In this document: positions 26,271 through 35,505 of the stretch, in pieces
How the letters are laid out: each line of letters opens with the position of its first letter
Position numbering within the stretch: the stretch's first letter is position 1
Program-made: the position numbers and the translations under genes
Origin: Gammaproteobacteria bacterium
GTDB taxonomy: Bacteria; Pseudomonadota; Gammaproteobacteria; GCA-001735895
Reading direction: 5' to 3'
Length of the DNA: 60,666 bases
NCBI GenBank assembly: GCA_041688005.1
Contig: JBDNJA010000228.1
Span: forward strand, 1-60,666
The notes under the pieces: model-generated
Databases searched by the model: none
What the model saw: the letters and a program-made list of their open reading frames with translations, nothing else
What the model was told of the DNA's origin: nothing

Positions 26271-29200
26271 TTATGTGCCAGTCGCTTCTAAATACCGATC
26301 CTTCGCAAAATAGGTATAAATCACTGGTAGTACATACAGGGTGAACAATGTACCAATCGCAAAGCCAGATACGATGGTGATACCAATTGCCTGTCGGCTT
26401 GCGGCACCAGCGCCGCTGGCAATCACCAGAGGCATGATACCAATGATGGTTGAAAATGAGGTCATCAGAATGGGCCGTAAGCGCATCGAAGCCGCTTTGA
26501 TCACTGCCTGACCTGGTGGTAGTTTTTCGTTGATTTGTATTTCGTTGGCGAACTCGACTATCAGAATGCCGTGTTTACTGACAAGGCCTATTAGCGTTAT
26601 TAGGCCCACCTGGCTGTAAATATTCATCGATACTTCCCATAGGAACATCGGTATCAAAGCGCCGAACATTGCGAGTGGCACCGTGGTTAGGATGATGAAC
26701 GGATCACGAAAGCTTTCGTATTGAGCTGCAAGCACCAGAAAAACAATAATAATGGCAAAACCGAAAGTCAGCACCAATGCTGAGCCTTCTTGAATCAGCT
26801 GGCGCGACTGCCCCTGATAGTCGAAGGTATATCCGGCAGGTGCTACCTCGGCAGTGATGTCGCGTAGTGTTTGTAATGCCTCGCTTAGTGGCACACCGGG
26901 AACCGCATCTATCTTGGCTGAATTTTGCTGCTGGAATTGAACCAGTTCTGCAGGCACTGAGGTGTATTCAATGTCTACCAGTGCCGCGAGGCTCACTTGC
27001 TCACCCTGTGGCGTGTAGACATAGTATTGACCCAAGATTGCGCCGTTTTCTCGATCGGCCTGTCGCGCTTGTGGAATAATTTTATAACTACGACCAGCCA
27101 GGTTGAAGCGGCTAACATAGCCCTCGGCCAGAATAGCGCCGAGTGTCTGGCCAATTTCACGCATCGATATGCCCATGGATTGGGCACGTTCACGGTCTAC
27201 TGTGACCCTTATTTCTGGCTTGCTAAAATTGAAGTCGCTTTTGATGAAATGAAATTGACCAGTCTCTCGGGCTTTGGCGAGTATTTGTTGCACCACGCCA
27301 TAGAGTTGATCGTAACTCTGTTGCGTTTTGAGGATAAATTCAACCGGCGTATTGCCACTCGCACCGGGTAGTGAAGGCGGGTTGAACGCAAAGCTTTGCA
27401 AACCTGGTTGTTGGTCGAGTTGCTTTTGAATGGTAGGGATCATTTCCTGCGATGACAGTGATCGCTGCTCCCACGGTTTGAGCAACATTCCTGCGAATGA
27501 GACAGTTGGCCCACCAAAGCCGTTCGCCATAAAAGATGATTGAAATTCATCCTCATAGTCACGAAAAATGTCATTATAAGGCGCGGTGTACTTATTTAAA
27601 TAGTCCAGGCTCGCATGATCCGGTGCCCTAGAGAATACAAAAATAATACCCTGATCTTCTTCTGGTGCTAGTTCTGTTTGAATAAATTGAAACATGGCGA
27701 TGAGCATGGTTAACACCATCACCACAAAGATTATAGTGACAGATCGAGTACGTAATGATTCAGCTAAGAATCGTTCGTAACGGTGTTGAAGTTTGTCGAA
27801 TAATCTAGTGATGAACCGCGCATAAGCATTATTAGCAACGGTTGGTTTTAATATGCGCGAACACATCATTGGGGATAGAGTGAGCGCAATGATGGTGGAA
27901 ATAATGATCGTACCGACCAAAGTAAAGGCGAACTCTTTGAATAAAACACCAGTTAATCCACCTAGTAAGCCTATTGGTGCGTAAACGACAATTAACACGA
28001 TGGTGGTTGCTATGACCGGTTTAGCAATTTCTCTGGCACCGACGAATGCCGCTTGTAATGGCTTTAACCCCTTTCCAATATGGCGATATATATTCTCCAC
28101 CACGAGGATGGCATCGTCGACCAAAAGACCAATCGCCATGACCATTGCCAGCAGTGTCAGCAGGTTGATCGAATAGCCCAATATCTGCATATAAAACAAA
28201 ACGCCAATAATCGATAGCGGGATAGTGACTAATGGCACCATGGTGGATCGCACTGAACCCAAAAATAGGAAAATGATGACAACAACAATAATCGATGCCT
28301 GAATTAAGGTCAGTATCACCTCGTCAATCGAAGCTTGAATAAATTCAGTCGAGTCATAGGCTATCGCAACCTTAAGCCCAGGGGGAAATGAGGTTTTCAT
28401 TTTATCCAGTTCAGCAGTGACGAGCTCGATTGTGGTGAGCGGATTGCCGTCAGTAGTACCGTTAATGCCAATATAAATGGAAGGCACGCCATCAAACATG
28501 ACGAGGCTGTCGTAGTTTTCGGCACCGAGTTCTATGTCGGCAACATCACCGAGTCGAACGGTTTTATTGCCTGACTTTCGTACCACAAAGCGCTTGAGAA
28601 CGTCGGGGTCTCCAGTGTCGGTGACCGCGTTAACATTGGTTTGAACCAGTTTGTTTCGCGTTTGACCTGCGGCTGACTGATAGTTGTCAGACCCAATCGC
28701 GTTGACGATATCGGCAGCCGATACCTTGGCTGCAGCCATGCGGATTGGATCCATCCAGATTCGCATCGAATAAGTTTTGCCACCGAGGATTTGCGCTTCG
28801 CCAACGCCTTTAACAGTGGATAGCGCGGGTTGAATGGTGCGCAATAGATAATCGGTCACTTCGACAGCGGATAATGTATCGCTATAAAAACTGTAATAGG
28901 CGAGGGCGAAGCCATTGGCATCGCTTTTCGCAATAACAGGGTCCCTTGCTTCTGCCGGTAATTCGCCACGTATAGAAGATACCTTGGTGCTGACTTCAGT
29001 TAGCGCAACATCAGGATCGACACCGAGTTTCATGTGAACTTCGACGGTCGAAATGCTATTCGAACTGCTCGAGCGGACGTAGTCGATGCCACTGGTGCTC
29101 GACACTACCTGTTGAACGGGCGTGCTGATAAATCCCTGAATTAACTCGGCGCTAGCACCTGGATAGGCAGTTGTTACGGTAATCACCGATGTTTCTAGCT

Positions 29201-29312
29201 CGGGATATTGACGGACCTGAGTGTCAAAAAATGCCTGTACGCCCAACAGTATGATGAACGTGCTGATGACTAGTGATAACACTGGTCTCTTGATAAAGTA
29301 ATCGGTCAACAT
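26271..29312 (-). CDS. RND efflux transporter, inner-membrane permease (AcrB/HAE1-like)
   Basis: The 1013-aa sequence begins MLTDYFIKRPVLSLVIS, has the 12-TM RND architecture with two large loops, and carries the conserved LLVDDAILVVENI block. Confidence 0.9.
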   Translation of the reverse strand: MLTDYFIKRPVLSLVISTFIILLGVQAFFDTQVRQYPELETSVITVTTAYPGASAELIQGFISTPVQQVVSSTSGIDYVRSSSSNSISTVEVHMKLGVDPDVALTEVSTKVSSIRGELPAEARDPVIAKSDANGFALAYYSFYSDTLSAVEVTDYLLRTIQPALSTVKGVGEAQILGGKTYSMRIWMDPIRMAAAKVSAADIVNAIGSDNYQSAAGQTRNKLVQTNVNAVTDTGDPDVLKRFVVRKSGNKTVRLGDVADIELGAENYDSLVMFDGVPSIYIGINGTTDGNPLTTIELVTAELDKMKTSFPPGLKVAIAYDSTEFIQASIDEVILTLIQASIIVVVIIFLFLGSVRSTMVPLVTIPLSIIGVLFYMQILGYSINLLTLLAMVMAIGLLVDDAILVVENIYRHIGKGLKPLQAAFVGAREIAKPVIATTIVLIVVYAPIGLLGGLTGVLFKEFAFTLVGTIIISTIIALTLSPMMCSRILKPTVANNAYARFITRLFDKLQHRYERFLAESLRTRSVTIIFVVMVLTMLIAMFQFIQTELAPEEDQGIIFVFSRAPDHASLDYLNKYTAPYNDIFRDYEDEFQSSFMANGFGGPTVSFAGMLLKPWEQRSLSSQEMIPTIQKQLDQQPGLQSFAFNPPSLPGASGNTPVEFILKTQQSYDQLYGVVQQILAKARETGQFHFIKSDFNFSKPEIRVTVDRERAQSMGISMREIGQTLGAILAEGYVSRFNLAGRSYKIIPQARQADRENGAILGQYYVYTPQGEQVSLAALVDIEYTSVPAELVQFQQQNSAKIDAVPGVPLSEALQTLRDITAEVAPAGYTFDYQGQSRQLIQEGSALVLTFGFAIIIVFLVLAAQYESFRDPFIILTTVPLAMFGALIPMFLWEVSMNIYSQVGLITLIGLVSKHGILIVEFANEIQINEKLPPGQAVIKAASMRLRPILMTSFSTIIGIMPLVIASGAGAASRQAIGITIVSGFAIGTLFTLYVLPVIYTYFAKDRYLEATGT

Positions 29313-29317
29313 AGGGG

Positions 29318-30499
29318 TTATTTCGCTGACACGTTGGGGGCTGTAAATTCTGGCGGGTCGTCGACAATCGCCACGCGCAAGCTCGGGTAGAGCTTGAGCT
29401 GACCGGAGGTTACCGCTAAATCACCGGCGTCGATGCCACTGAGAATACCCACCTGCCCATTGCTTCGATAAGCCACCCTAACTTGGCGAGCCGCTAGGCG
29501 GTAGTCGGGTGCGTCGTTGGCATTCTCTTTTGTGGTCTCATCTATGCTTTGGGACTGTTTTTCCAGTATATAAACAGCCTCGCCGTAGATGTTATAAAAA
29601 ATGGCCGTTTCGGGTAACGTGACTAGGGCAATTTTTTGCGCGCTATTTACTTCCATTTCAGCAAACATACCCGGTGTTAACAACCGATTTTCATTATCAA
29701 CCTCGGCCTGGATAGTGATGTTTCGAGTGCTTTCGTCAAGCACAGGGCTCCAGGCTTTGACTTCGGCCGTGAATGACTTGTCTGCAAAAGACCGCACCTT
29801 AAAACGAATGTCCTGTCCCACTGCAAGATCGTTAAAATTGCTTTCAGGCAGAGTGAAGTCAAGCAGTAATTTATCGACTGATTGCAACGTCACTAGCGGT
29901 GTGCCTGGGGTGACATATTCACCAATATCGATGAGGCGTATGCCTAACTTACCCGAGAAGGGTGCATTGATGTTTTTCTTCGCAAGCGCAACCTTAGCCA
30001 CAATAATCTGTGCTTGAGAAATGTCGACCAAAGCAGTTTGGGTATCGACGTCATTCCGCGTAACGAACGATTGATCCTTCAATTTAAGCAATCGTTGATA
30101 CTGGCTATTATCGGAATTAAATTTGGCTTGAGCTTGCCCTAGTGTGGCCAGTTCGGACTGATTGTTTAGCTCGAGCAATAAGGCTTCTTTTTTGACTTCC
30201 TGACCCGAGTCAAAGTGAATCGATTTGACGATACCGGCTACTTCGGTGGACAAATCAACGCCCTGACTCGCGACTAAAGTACCGGCAGCCTTGATGCGCT
30301 TATGCCATTCAGCCGATTCGGCGCTTGCCACAGTCACACTAATAGGTGGTGGTGGAAGGCTGCCCTGTGTGGTTAGCACGCCAATTTGCAGATATTTTTT
30401 ATAGCTAAGACCAGCGGCTATTGCAGCCATAAGAATTAACACTATAAAGATGCGCAAAAATAATCTTGGCTTACGAGCTGTGGTTTCGGTGTTTACCAC
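29318..30499 (-). CDS. RND efflux periplasmic adaptor (membrane fusion protein)
   Basis: It has an N-terminal anchor, alpha-hairpin/lipoyl/beta-barrel pattern typical of HlyD_D23 adaptors, and lies 5 bp upstream of the RND gene. Confidence 0.85.
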   Translation of the reverse strand: MVNTETTARKPRLFLRIFIVLILMAAIAAGLSYKKYLQIGVLTTQGSLPPPPISVTVASAESAEWHKRIKAAGTLVASQGVDLSTEVAGIVKSIHFDSGQEVKKEALLLELNNQSELATLGQAQAKFNSDNSQYQRLLKLKDQSFVTRNDVDTQTALVDISQAQIIVAKVALAKKNINAPFSGKLGIRLIDIGEYVTPGTPLVTLQSVDKLLLDFTLPESNFNDLAVGQDIRFKVRSFADKSFTAEVKAWSPVLDESTRNITIQAEVDNENRLLTPGMFAEMEVNSAQKIALVTLPETAIFYNIYGEAVYILEKQSQSIDETTKENANDAPDYRLAARQVRVAYRSNGQVGILSGIDAGDLAVTSGQLKLYPSLRVAIVDDPPEFTAPNVSAK

Positions 30500-30519
30500 T
30501 ATAGCCTCCGGCTAGGATG

Positions 30520-30807
30520 AAATTTCTAAAAACACCTCTAAAAATGCACTTTCCCCGCGATTGCGGCCTCACCGATTTTTTGCTCCTGCACCAACAGTAG
30601 GGACCACGAGGCCAAATCGACATACCGTACATCCTGTACATAAGCTCCGTGCTCGAATCCTCATGTCCTTTATGTACACTATGGTTCTCCGCGCGGTGCT
30701 TTCTTGCACTTATTGCCATGGATGCCATGGATGGCATGGATGGCATGTATGCTGTTTTTGCAGGAGCAAAAAACAGCCACAAGAAAATTACTATTTTAGA
30801 GGCACCC
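30520..30807 (+). mobile_element. MITE-like palindromic repeat, copy 2 (about 288 bp)
   Basis: It has the same ends and orientation as copy 1 (..CCTCTAAAAATGCACTTTCCCCGCGATTGC ... GCAGGAGCAAAAAACAG ... ACTATTTTAGAGGCACCC). The central CATGGATGG unit is expanded. The left boundary is approximate. Confidence 0.75.
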
Positions 30808-30896
30808 TAAAGTCTCAGTTTGAAACGGGACGGCGTATTTTATGCCTCTCGAAAGAAAATAGCAGCTAGAGAATGGTGTTTTAGGGAAAATTGGGC

Positions 30897-31324
30897 CTAA
30901 TTAGTAGGTATCAAGACGCAAATGGTTATTTTTAATCCATTGCCTGAATCTAGCGTGTTCATGTTCAAGGTGGCTTTGTGCAGTTCAGCGACTCGTTTGA
31001 CGATAGATAAGCCAATTCCGCAACGGGGTGTGTCGTGATTTTCGATAGGGTAGAAGCGCTCGAATAATCGGTCTTGCTCAGATTTTGGCATGCCTGGTCC
31101 ATTATCTTTGATACTGATGCAGGCCCTGTCTACCTGTTGGCCGATCGTCCGCGTTTTTTTCAATACCTCGAGGCCGATATCTAGTATCACGACATCGTAG
31201 GGGGACTTGCCATAGCGGTTAATGCAGATTCGCCATTTTCGACCTAATTAACCGACTGATTGTCTCGCTGTAAGCCAAGCAGTAAGCCTTCGCCTAATAA
31301 TGAGTCGTCTTCTACCAATAACAT
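30897..31324 (-). pseudogene. Decayed two-component system: response-regulator receiver N-terminus fused to a histidine-kinase ATPase C-terminus
   Basis: The minus strand reads MLLVEDDSLLGEGLLLGLQRDNQSVN-stop, then frameshifted VENGESAL..PYDVVILDIGL. It runs straight into an HATPase_c tail (ISIKDNGPGMPKSEQDRLFERFY ... GIGLSIVKRVAELH). The DNA-binding domain and the sensor/DHp domains are missing. Confidence 0.7.
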
Positions 31325-31493
31325 TCGCACGCCTTTTCCCAGATAGATATGGTCCAGATAAAAATGGTTGCCTGATAAGGGGTTTTGGTCTTTGAGTTTT
31401 TATTGTCTAACTTCACCACATCTTAAGGTTTGCTTAAGATTTATTATTTAATATCGGAAAATCAATCAACTGTTTAGGTATAACCGTATAACC

Positions 31494-31988
31494 ATGCGTT
31501 TGGTGTCTTCTATTATTTTTGTTTTAGCTCTCAGCCTGAATAGTCCGGCAAATGCCGCAGTGTCGAAAGCACCGGGTATTAATCTGCCGACGAATACTGG
31601 CGAGATGAATTTGAAAGATTTTAGAGGCCGGGTGGTTTATCTCGATTTTTGGGCGTCGTGGTGCAAGCCTTGTATCAAGTCATTCCCCTGGATGCAGACA
31701 TTACACGAAACTTATCGTGATCAGGGCCTAGAAGTCATCGCGATTAATCTTGATGAGAACAGGGCGTTAGCCGAAGCCTTTTTGGAAAAGGTGAAAGTCG
31801 ACTTTATAGTTGCATTTGATCAGACAGGTGACAGCGCGAAAGACTATCGTTTGAAAGGTATGCCAACTAGTTACCTTATTGATCGTGATGGGAATTTAGT
31901 TGCATCACATATTGGGTTTCGCACGAAAGATAAGCCGAAACTTGAGCAGGCAGTTCAGCAATTTCTATCCGAAATAAAGAATCAGTAG
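31494..31988 (+). CDS. TlpA-family periplasmic thiol:disulfide oxidoreductase
   Basis: Signal peptide plus a thioredoxin fold with WASWCKPC. Confidence 0.85.
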   Translation: MRLVSSIIFVLALSLNSPANAAVSKAPGINLPTNTGEMNLKDFRGRVVYLDFWASWCKPCIKSFPWMQTLHETYRDQGLEVIAINLDENRALAEAFLEKVKVDFIVAFDQTGDSAKDYRLKGMPTSYLIDRDGNLVASHIGFRTKDKPKLEQAVQQFLSEIKNQ

Positions 31989-31999
31989 AGGTAAAAATA

Positions 32000-32212
32000 A
32001 TGCGATTAATATTAATTTGTTTGATGGCTGTGGTGTTGTCATCCTGCGCCAGCATGGGTGTCGAACCCTGGGAAAGAGATTTGCTGGCGAAAGATTCGAT
32101 GCAACTCGTGCCTAATTTCCTCGATAACTTTTATGATGAACACATCTACTTTAGCAAAGAAGCCAGTAGTGGTGGGCAGGGTGTTGGCGGAGGTGGCTGC
32201 GGATGCAACTAA
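32000..32212 (+). CDS. DUF4266 lipoprotein
   Basis: Lipobox VLSSC, a conserved EPWERDLLA block, and the characteristic C-terminal GGGGCGCN. Confidence 0.75.
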   Translation: MRLILICLMAVVLSSCASMGVEPWERDLLAKDSMQLVPNFLDNFYDEHIYFSKEASSGGQGVGGGGCGCN

Positions 32213-33504
32213 AAAAGATAAAAGTTCAGATGAGTCTGGCGACCTGTACGTTATTACAAGTGGCTTCTCCTGGGGTACAGGCGGCGGAAGTCGATTGGGA
32301 TGTCGAGACTTCGACACTTTATTATAGCGAGAGCGACGGTAGAGTGAGTGCATTCGAGCCAGCCATCTATGCAGGAAAAGACCTTGAAGATGGTGGCCGA
32401 CTTGATGTGAGGTTAGTAATTGATGTACTCACGGGCGCATCGCCTAACGGAGCACATGCATCGACAGTAGCACAAACGTTTACCACACCATCGGGTAATA
32501 ATACTTACACAGTGCAGCCAGGTGATACACCGCTCGACGATACGTTTCTAGATACCCGTGTCTCGTTTGGCGCTGATTGGACTATTGAGTTAGATCGACT
32601 ATCCAGACTGACTTTGGGTACGAACGTGTCTAAGGAATATGATTATCTGGCATTAGGTTTGAGTGCAGCCTACGCACGAGACCTGAATAATCGCAATACT
32701 ACCCTGACAGCATCTTTTGGTTTCAACAATGACACCATCGAGCCGGAAGGCGGAATACCGACTGCGCTAACGCCAATGGTGACGCAAGGATCAGTCGCCA
32801 ATCGGCAAGGGTCTTCGGACGACAAAACAATCAGTGATGTACTCTTTGGTATCACCCAGATCGTCAGCCGCAATACGATAGTGCAGCTCAATTACAGTTT
32901 TGGACAAACTGACGGCTATCAAAACGATGCCTTTAAGGTATTGACGGTGATTGACGCGAATGGTTTGCCATCGACAACCGGGTTCTTCGATACGGCAAAC
33001 ACAGGTAACAGAGCTTACGTGTACGAAAACCGACCCGATTCGAGGCAGAGGAATAATCTGTATTTCAAGACAGCGCACCACTTGCAAGAGGATGTTATTA
33101 ATTTCTCCTACCGATATTACTGGGATAACTGGGATATCAAGTCGCATACGTTCGATTTGAAATATCGCTATCAAATGGAAGAGAGCTATTTACAACCGCA
33201 TATTCGTTATTACAAACAGGATGCTGCTGAGTTTTACACTCATAATTTAAGCGTGGGCAATGATGTGGATGCCACGACTGGTGCCGTATCGCGCCAATTT
33301 GCGAGTAATGACTATCGTCTGGCTGAATCAGAAACGGTTACTGTCGGATTGAAATATGGTTTGCCTATTGGTGATACCAGCGAGTTTTCAGTGCGGGGTG
33401 AATTTATCCGGCAGACGGTTAACGATGGCTCAGTGCTGGACAATGAACAAACGCCGGATCTGGACGCTATAGTGCTGCAGTTGAGCTACTCATTGATTTG
33501 GTAA
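32203..33504 (+). CDS. DUF3570 family protein (predicted outer-membrane beta-barrel)
   Basis: It has a signal peptide ending GVQA-AE, alternating beta-strand pattern, and a C-terminal beta-signal (LQLSYSLIW). It contains DVLTGAS at residues 74-80. Confidence 0.7.
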   Translation: MQLKKIKVQMSLATCTLLQVASPGVQAAEVDWDVETSTLYYSESDGRVSAFEPAIYAGKDLEDGGRLDVRLVIDVLTGASPNGAHASTVAQTFTTPSGNNTYTVQPGDTPLDDTFLDTRVSFGADWTIELDRLSRLTLGTNVSKEYDYLALGLSAAYARDLNNRNTTLTASFGFNNDTIEPEGGIPTALTPMVTQGSVANRQGSSDDKTISDVLFGITQIVSRNTIVQLNYSFGQTDGYQNDAFKVLTVIDANGLPSTTGFFDTANTGNRAYVYENRPDSRQRNNLYFKTAHHLQEDVINFSYRYYWDNWDIKSHTFDLKYRYQMEESYLQPHIRYYKQDAAEFYTHNLSVGNDVDATTGAVSRQFASNDYRLAESETVTVGLKYGLPIGDTSEFSVRGEFIRQTVNDGSVLDNEQTPDLDAIVLQLSYSLIW

Positions 33505-33516
33505 CCAATGATTGTA

Positions 33517-33554
33517 GCGGTAATCGCGGGAAAAGAGCATTCTTAGAGATGCCC
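33517..33554 (-). repeat. Solo MITE-like terminus
   Basis: The minus strand reads GGGCATCTCTAAGAATGCTCTTTTCCCGCGATTACCGC, compared with the family left end GGTATCTCTAAAAATGCACTTTTTCCGCGATTGCCG. Confidence 0.7.
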
Positions 33555-33592
33555 ACTAGTTAGAAAGGCATGGTTAATCAATACCTTTTTAT

Positions 33593-34486
33593 ATGAACGA
33601 CGTAAAGCTTAAAAAATCAACGGATGGCTGGCATGGCAGTTTCGCTGCTATGGCGAGTCCGTGCGAAGTGTTGATGGAAGTTGACGATGAATCGTTAGCA
33701 GAGCAAATACTGAAAATTGTTTCAGATGAAGCAAAACGAATTGAACAAAAATTCAGCCGGTATCGTGACGATAATGTCATTTTTCGAATCAATCATGCTT
33801 CAGGGAAGGCGATACTGGTAGATGAGGAAACCGCTCGATTAATCGATTTTGGAGAGAACCTTTATCATATAAGTGATGGTTTATTCGACATCACGTCTGG
33901 CATTTTAAGGAAAGCCTGGCGGTTTGACGGCAGTGATAATATACCGAAACGGGCAGTGGTTAAAAAATTGGTCAAGCGAGTGGGGTGGGATAAAGTCAGT
34001 TGGAAAAAAGGAGTACTGTCGATGAAGCCAGAGATGGAAATTGATCTAGGTGGTATTGGCAAGGAATACGCGGTAGACAGATCAATCCAGCTGGTGCAGC
34101 AAATAACAGATCATAGCGTTCTTATCAACTTTGGGGGTGATCTAGCCACCACTAGTGAGAACCGACGTCAGGGTTATTGGTCGGTAGGACGGTTAGTGAC
34201 CGGCAAAGGGAATACCAAAAACGATGCGGTAGCGATGTTTCGATTGTCCCGTGGTGCGATAGCTACCAGTGGCGATGCTCACCGTTATTTGTTGAAAGAG
34301 GGTGTTCGATACAGTCATGTACTTAATCCCAAAACGGGCTGGCCTGTGCCTAACACCGCTCATACGGTTAGCGTAGCAGCCCCAACCTGTATCGAAGCAG
34401 GCATGATGTCGACACTCGCGATGCTGCAGGGGGATAAAGCAATAGAGTTTTTGAAATTACAAGCAGTCGAGCATTGGATTGACTGA
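33593..34486 (+). CDS. apbE: FAD:protein FMN transferase (ApbE family)
   Basis: Conserved blocks are FSRYRDDNVIFRIN, DLGGIGKEYAVD and ATSGDAHRY..SHVLNPKTGWP. No recognisable signal peptide or lipobox is present at the annotated N-terminus. Confidence 0.85.
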   Translation: MNDVKLKKSTDGWHGSFAAMASPCEVLMEVDDESLAEQILKIVSDEAKRIEQKFSRYRDDNVIFRINHASGKAILVDEETARLIDFGENLYHISDGLFDITSGILRKAWRFDGSDNIPKRAVVKKLVKRVGWDKVSWKKGVLSMKPEMEIDLGGIGKEYAVDRSIQLVQQITDHSVLINFGGDLATTSENRRQGYWSVGRLVTGKGNTKNDAVAMFRLSRGAIATSGDAHRYLLKEGVRYSHVLNPKTGWPVPNTAHTVSVAAPTCIEAGMMSTLAMLQGDKAIEFLKLQAVEHWID

Positions 34487-34599
34487 CAGGCGATAATCAA
34501 TCTTGATCCAGTGTGAAATTATATTGACCGATGGCCTTAGTGAGTTGTTACGGTTTAATTACAATTCGAATTTTGATAGTGCTGGCAGGACAAGAGAAT

Positions 34600-34909
34600 T
34601 GATTTCGACTGATAGAAAACAATTATCAACTCACTCCCTCAATGCTTACCTATGGACTGGGTGATATCGGGACACCAGGTGCTTCAGGTGAGGATGGCTT
34701 GTTTCGAACCCGAGATGGCTTGCTTAGCCGTAGCCGATGCCTCGCTTTCAGTGGCATCAGGCACTCTGGAGGCTAGCAATGTCAATACGGTTAGCTCAAT
34801 GGTTCGAATGAAGGAGTATGCGCGCCACTACGAAACACAAATTAAACTAATGAATCTTGCCAGTGAAAACGACCAGGCCAGTGCGCAATTGATGAAGATG
34901 AATGGATAA
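34600..34909 (+). pseudogene. Flagellar basal-body rod protein (FlgF/FlgG-like) C-terminal remnant
   Basis: GEDGLFRTRDG lies in one frame, and after a frameshift comes SGTLEASNVNTVSSMVRMKEYARHYETQIKLM, the conserved rod-protein C-terminal domain. No N-terminal part and no neighbouring flagellar genes are present. Confidence 0.6.
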
Positions 34910-35001
34910 ATAAATGGTTTAAGCAGACAATTTATAATGCTGAAAATTGCATAGGGCTATGGCAGAATACGACTCCGTCCACTGACAGCCATCTAAAAAT
35001 T

Positions 35002-35505
35002 GTGACCAAAGAATACAATCTAGAATCCATTCAAACCGAAATCCACGAGCTGCTGGCTAACTTAAAAACAGTTCACTTAGCCACTATCGACGATAACAAT
35101 CAACCCGAGGCCAGCTATACGCCTTATGTTGAGTTTGAATCTGCCTATTACTTATTCATTAGTGACCTGGCTAAACACACTATCAACCTCAAACAAAACG
35201 CATCCATTAGTCTGCTATTCATTGAAGATGAAGCAAACTGCCGAAACCCGTTCTCGCGACGACGTGCAATATTGCAGGGTAAAGGCGTCATTGTTCAACG
35301 AGATAGCGCTCATTATCAGTTGGCAATAGCACAGTTTCGAGGTAGGTTTGGTGACTTTATCGATGTGATTGAGCCTCTCCAGGATTTCAACTTATTCCGA
35401 ATCAACGCCCATAAAGGCCGCTATATTCGAGGCTTTGCTCAAGCATTTGAACTAACGGGTGATGGGCTTAATCAGATCAAGCATATCGCTTCAAACGCAC
35501 TTTGA
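35002..35505 (+). CDS. Pyridoxamine 5-phosphate oxidase-like FMN-binding fold protein (HugZ/HutZ-like)
   Basis: The length and the blocks VHLATIDDNNQPEASYTPYV and RRRAILQGKG fit the split-barrel PNPOx-like family. It uses a GTG start. Confidence 0.55.
   Translation: MTKEYNLESIQTEIHELLANLKTVHLATIDDNNQPEASYTPYVEFESAYYLFISDLAKHTINLKQNASISLLFIEDEANCRNPFSRRRAILQGKGVIVQRDSAHYQLAIAQFRGRFGDFIDVIEPLQDFNLFRINAHKGRYIRGFAQAFELTGDGLNQIKHIASNAL

Noticed and set aside
25855-26344. Several 77-100-aa ORFs on both strands (25855-26151, 25980-26213, 25984-26223, 26042-26344). Similar ones occur at 30471-30869 and 43968-44227.
   Set aside because: They lie entirely within the GC-rich cores of the MITE-like repeats. 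They are mutually overlapping on both strands, differ between copies because of indels, and have no start context or recognisable family. I treat them as non-coding repeat sequence.
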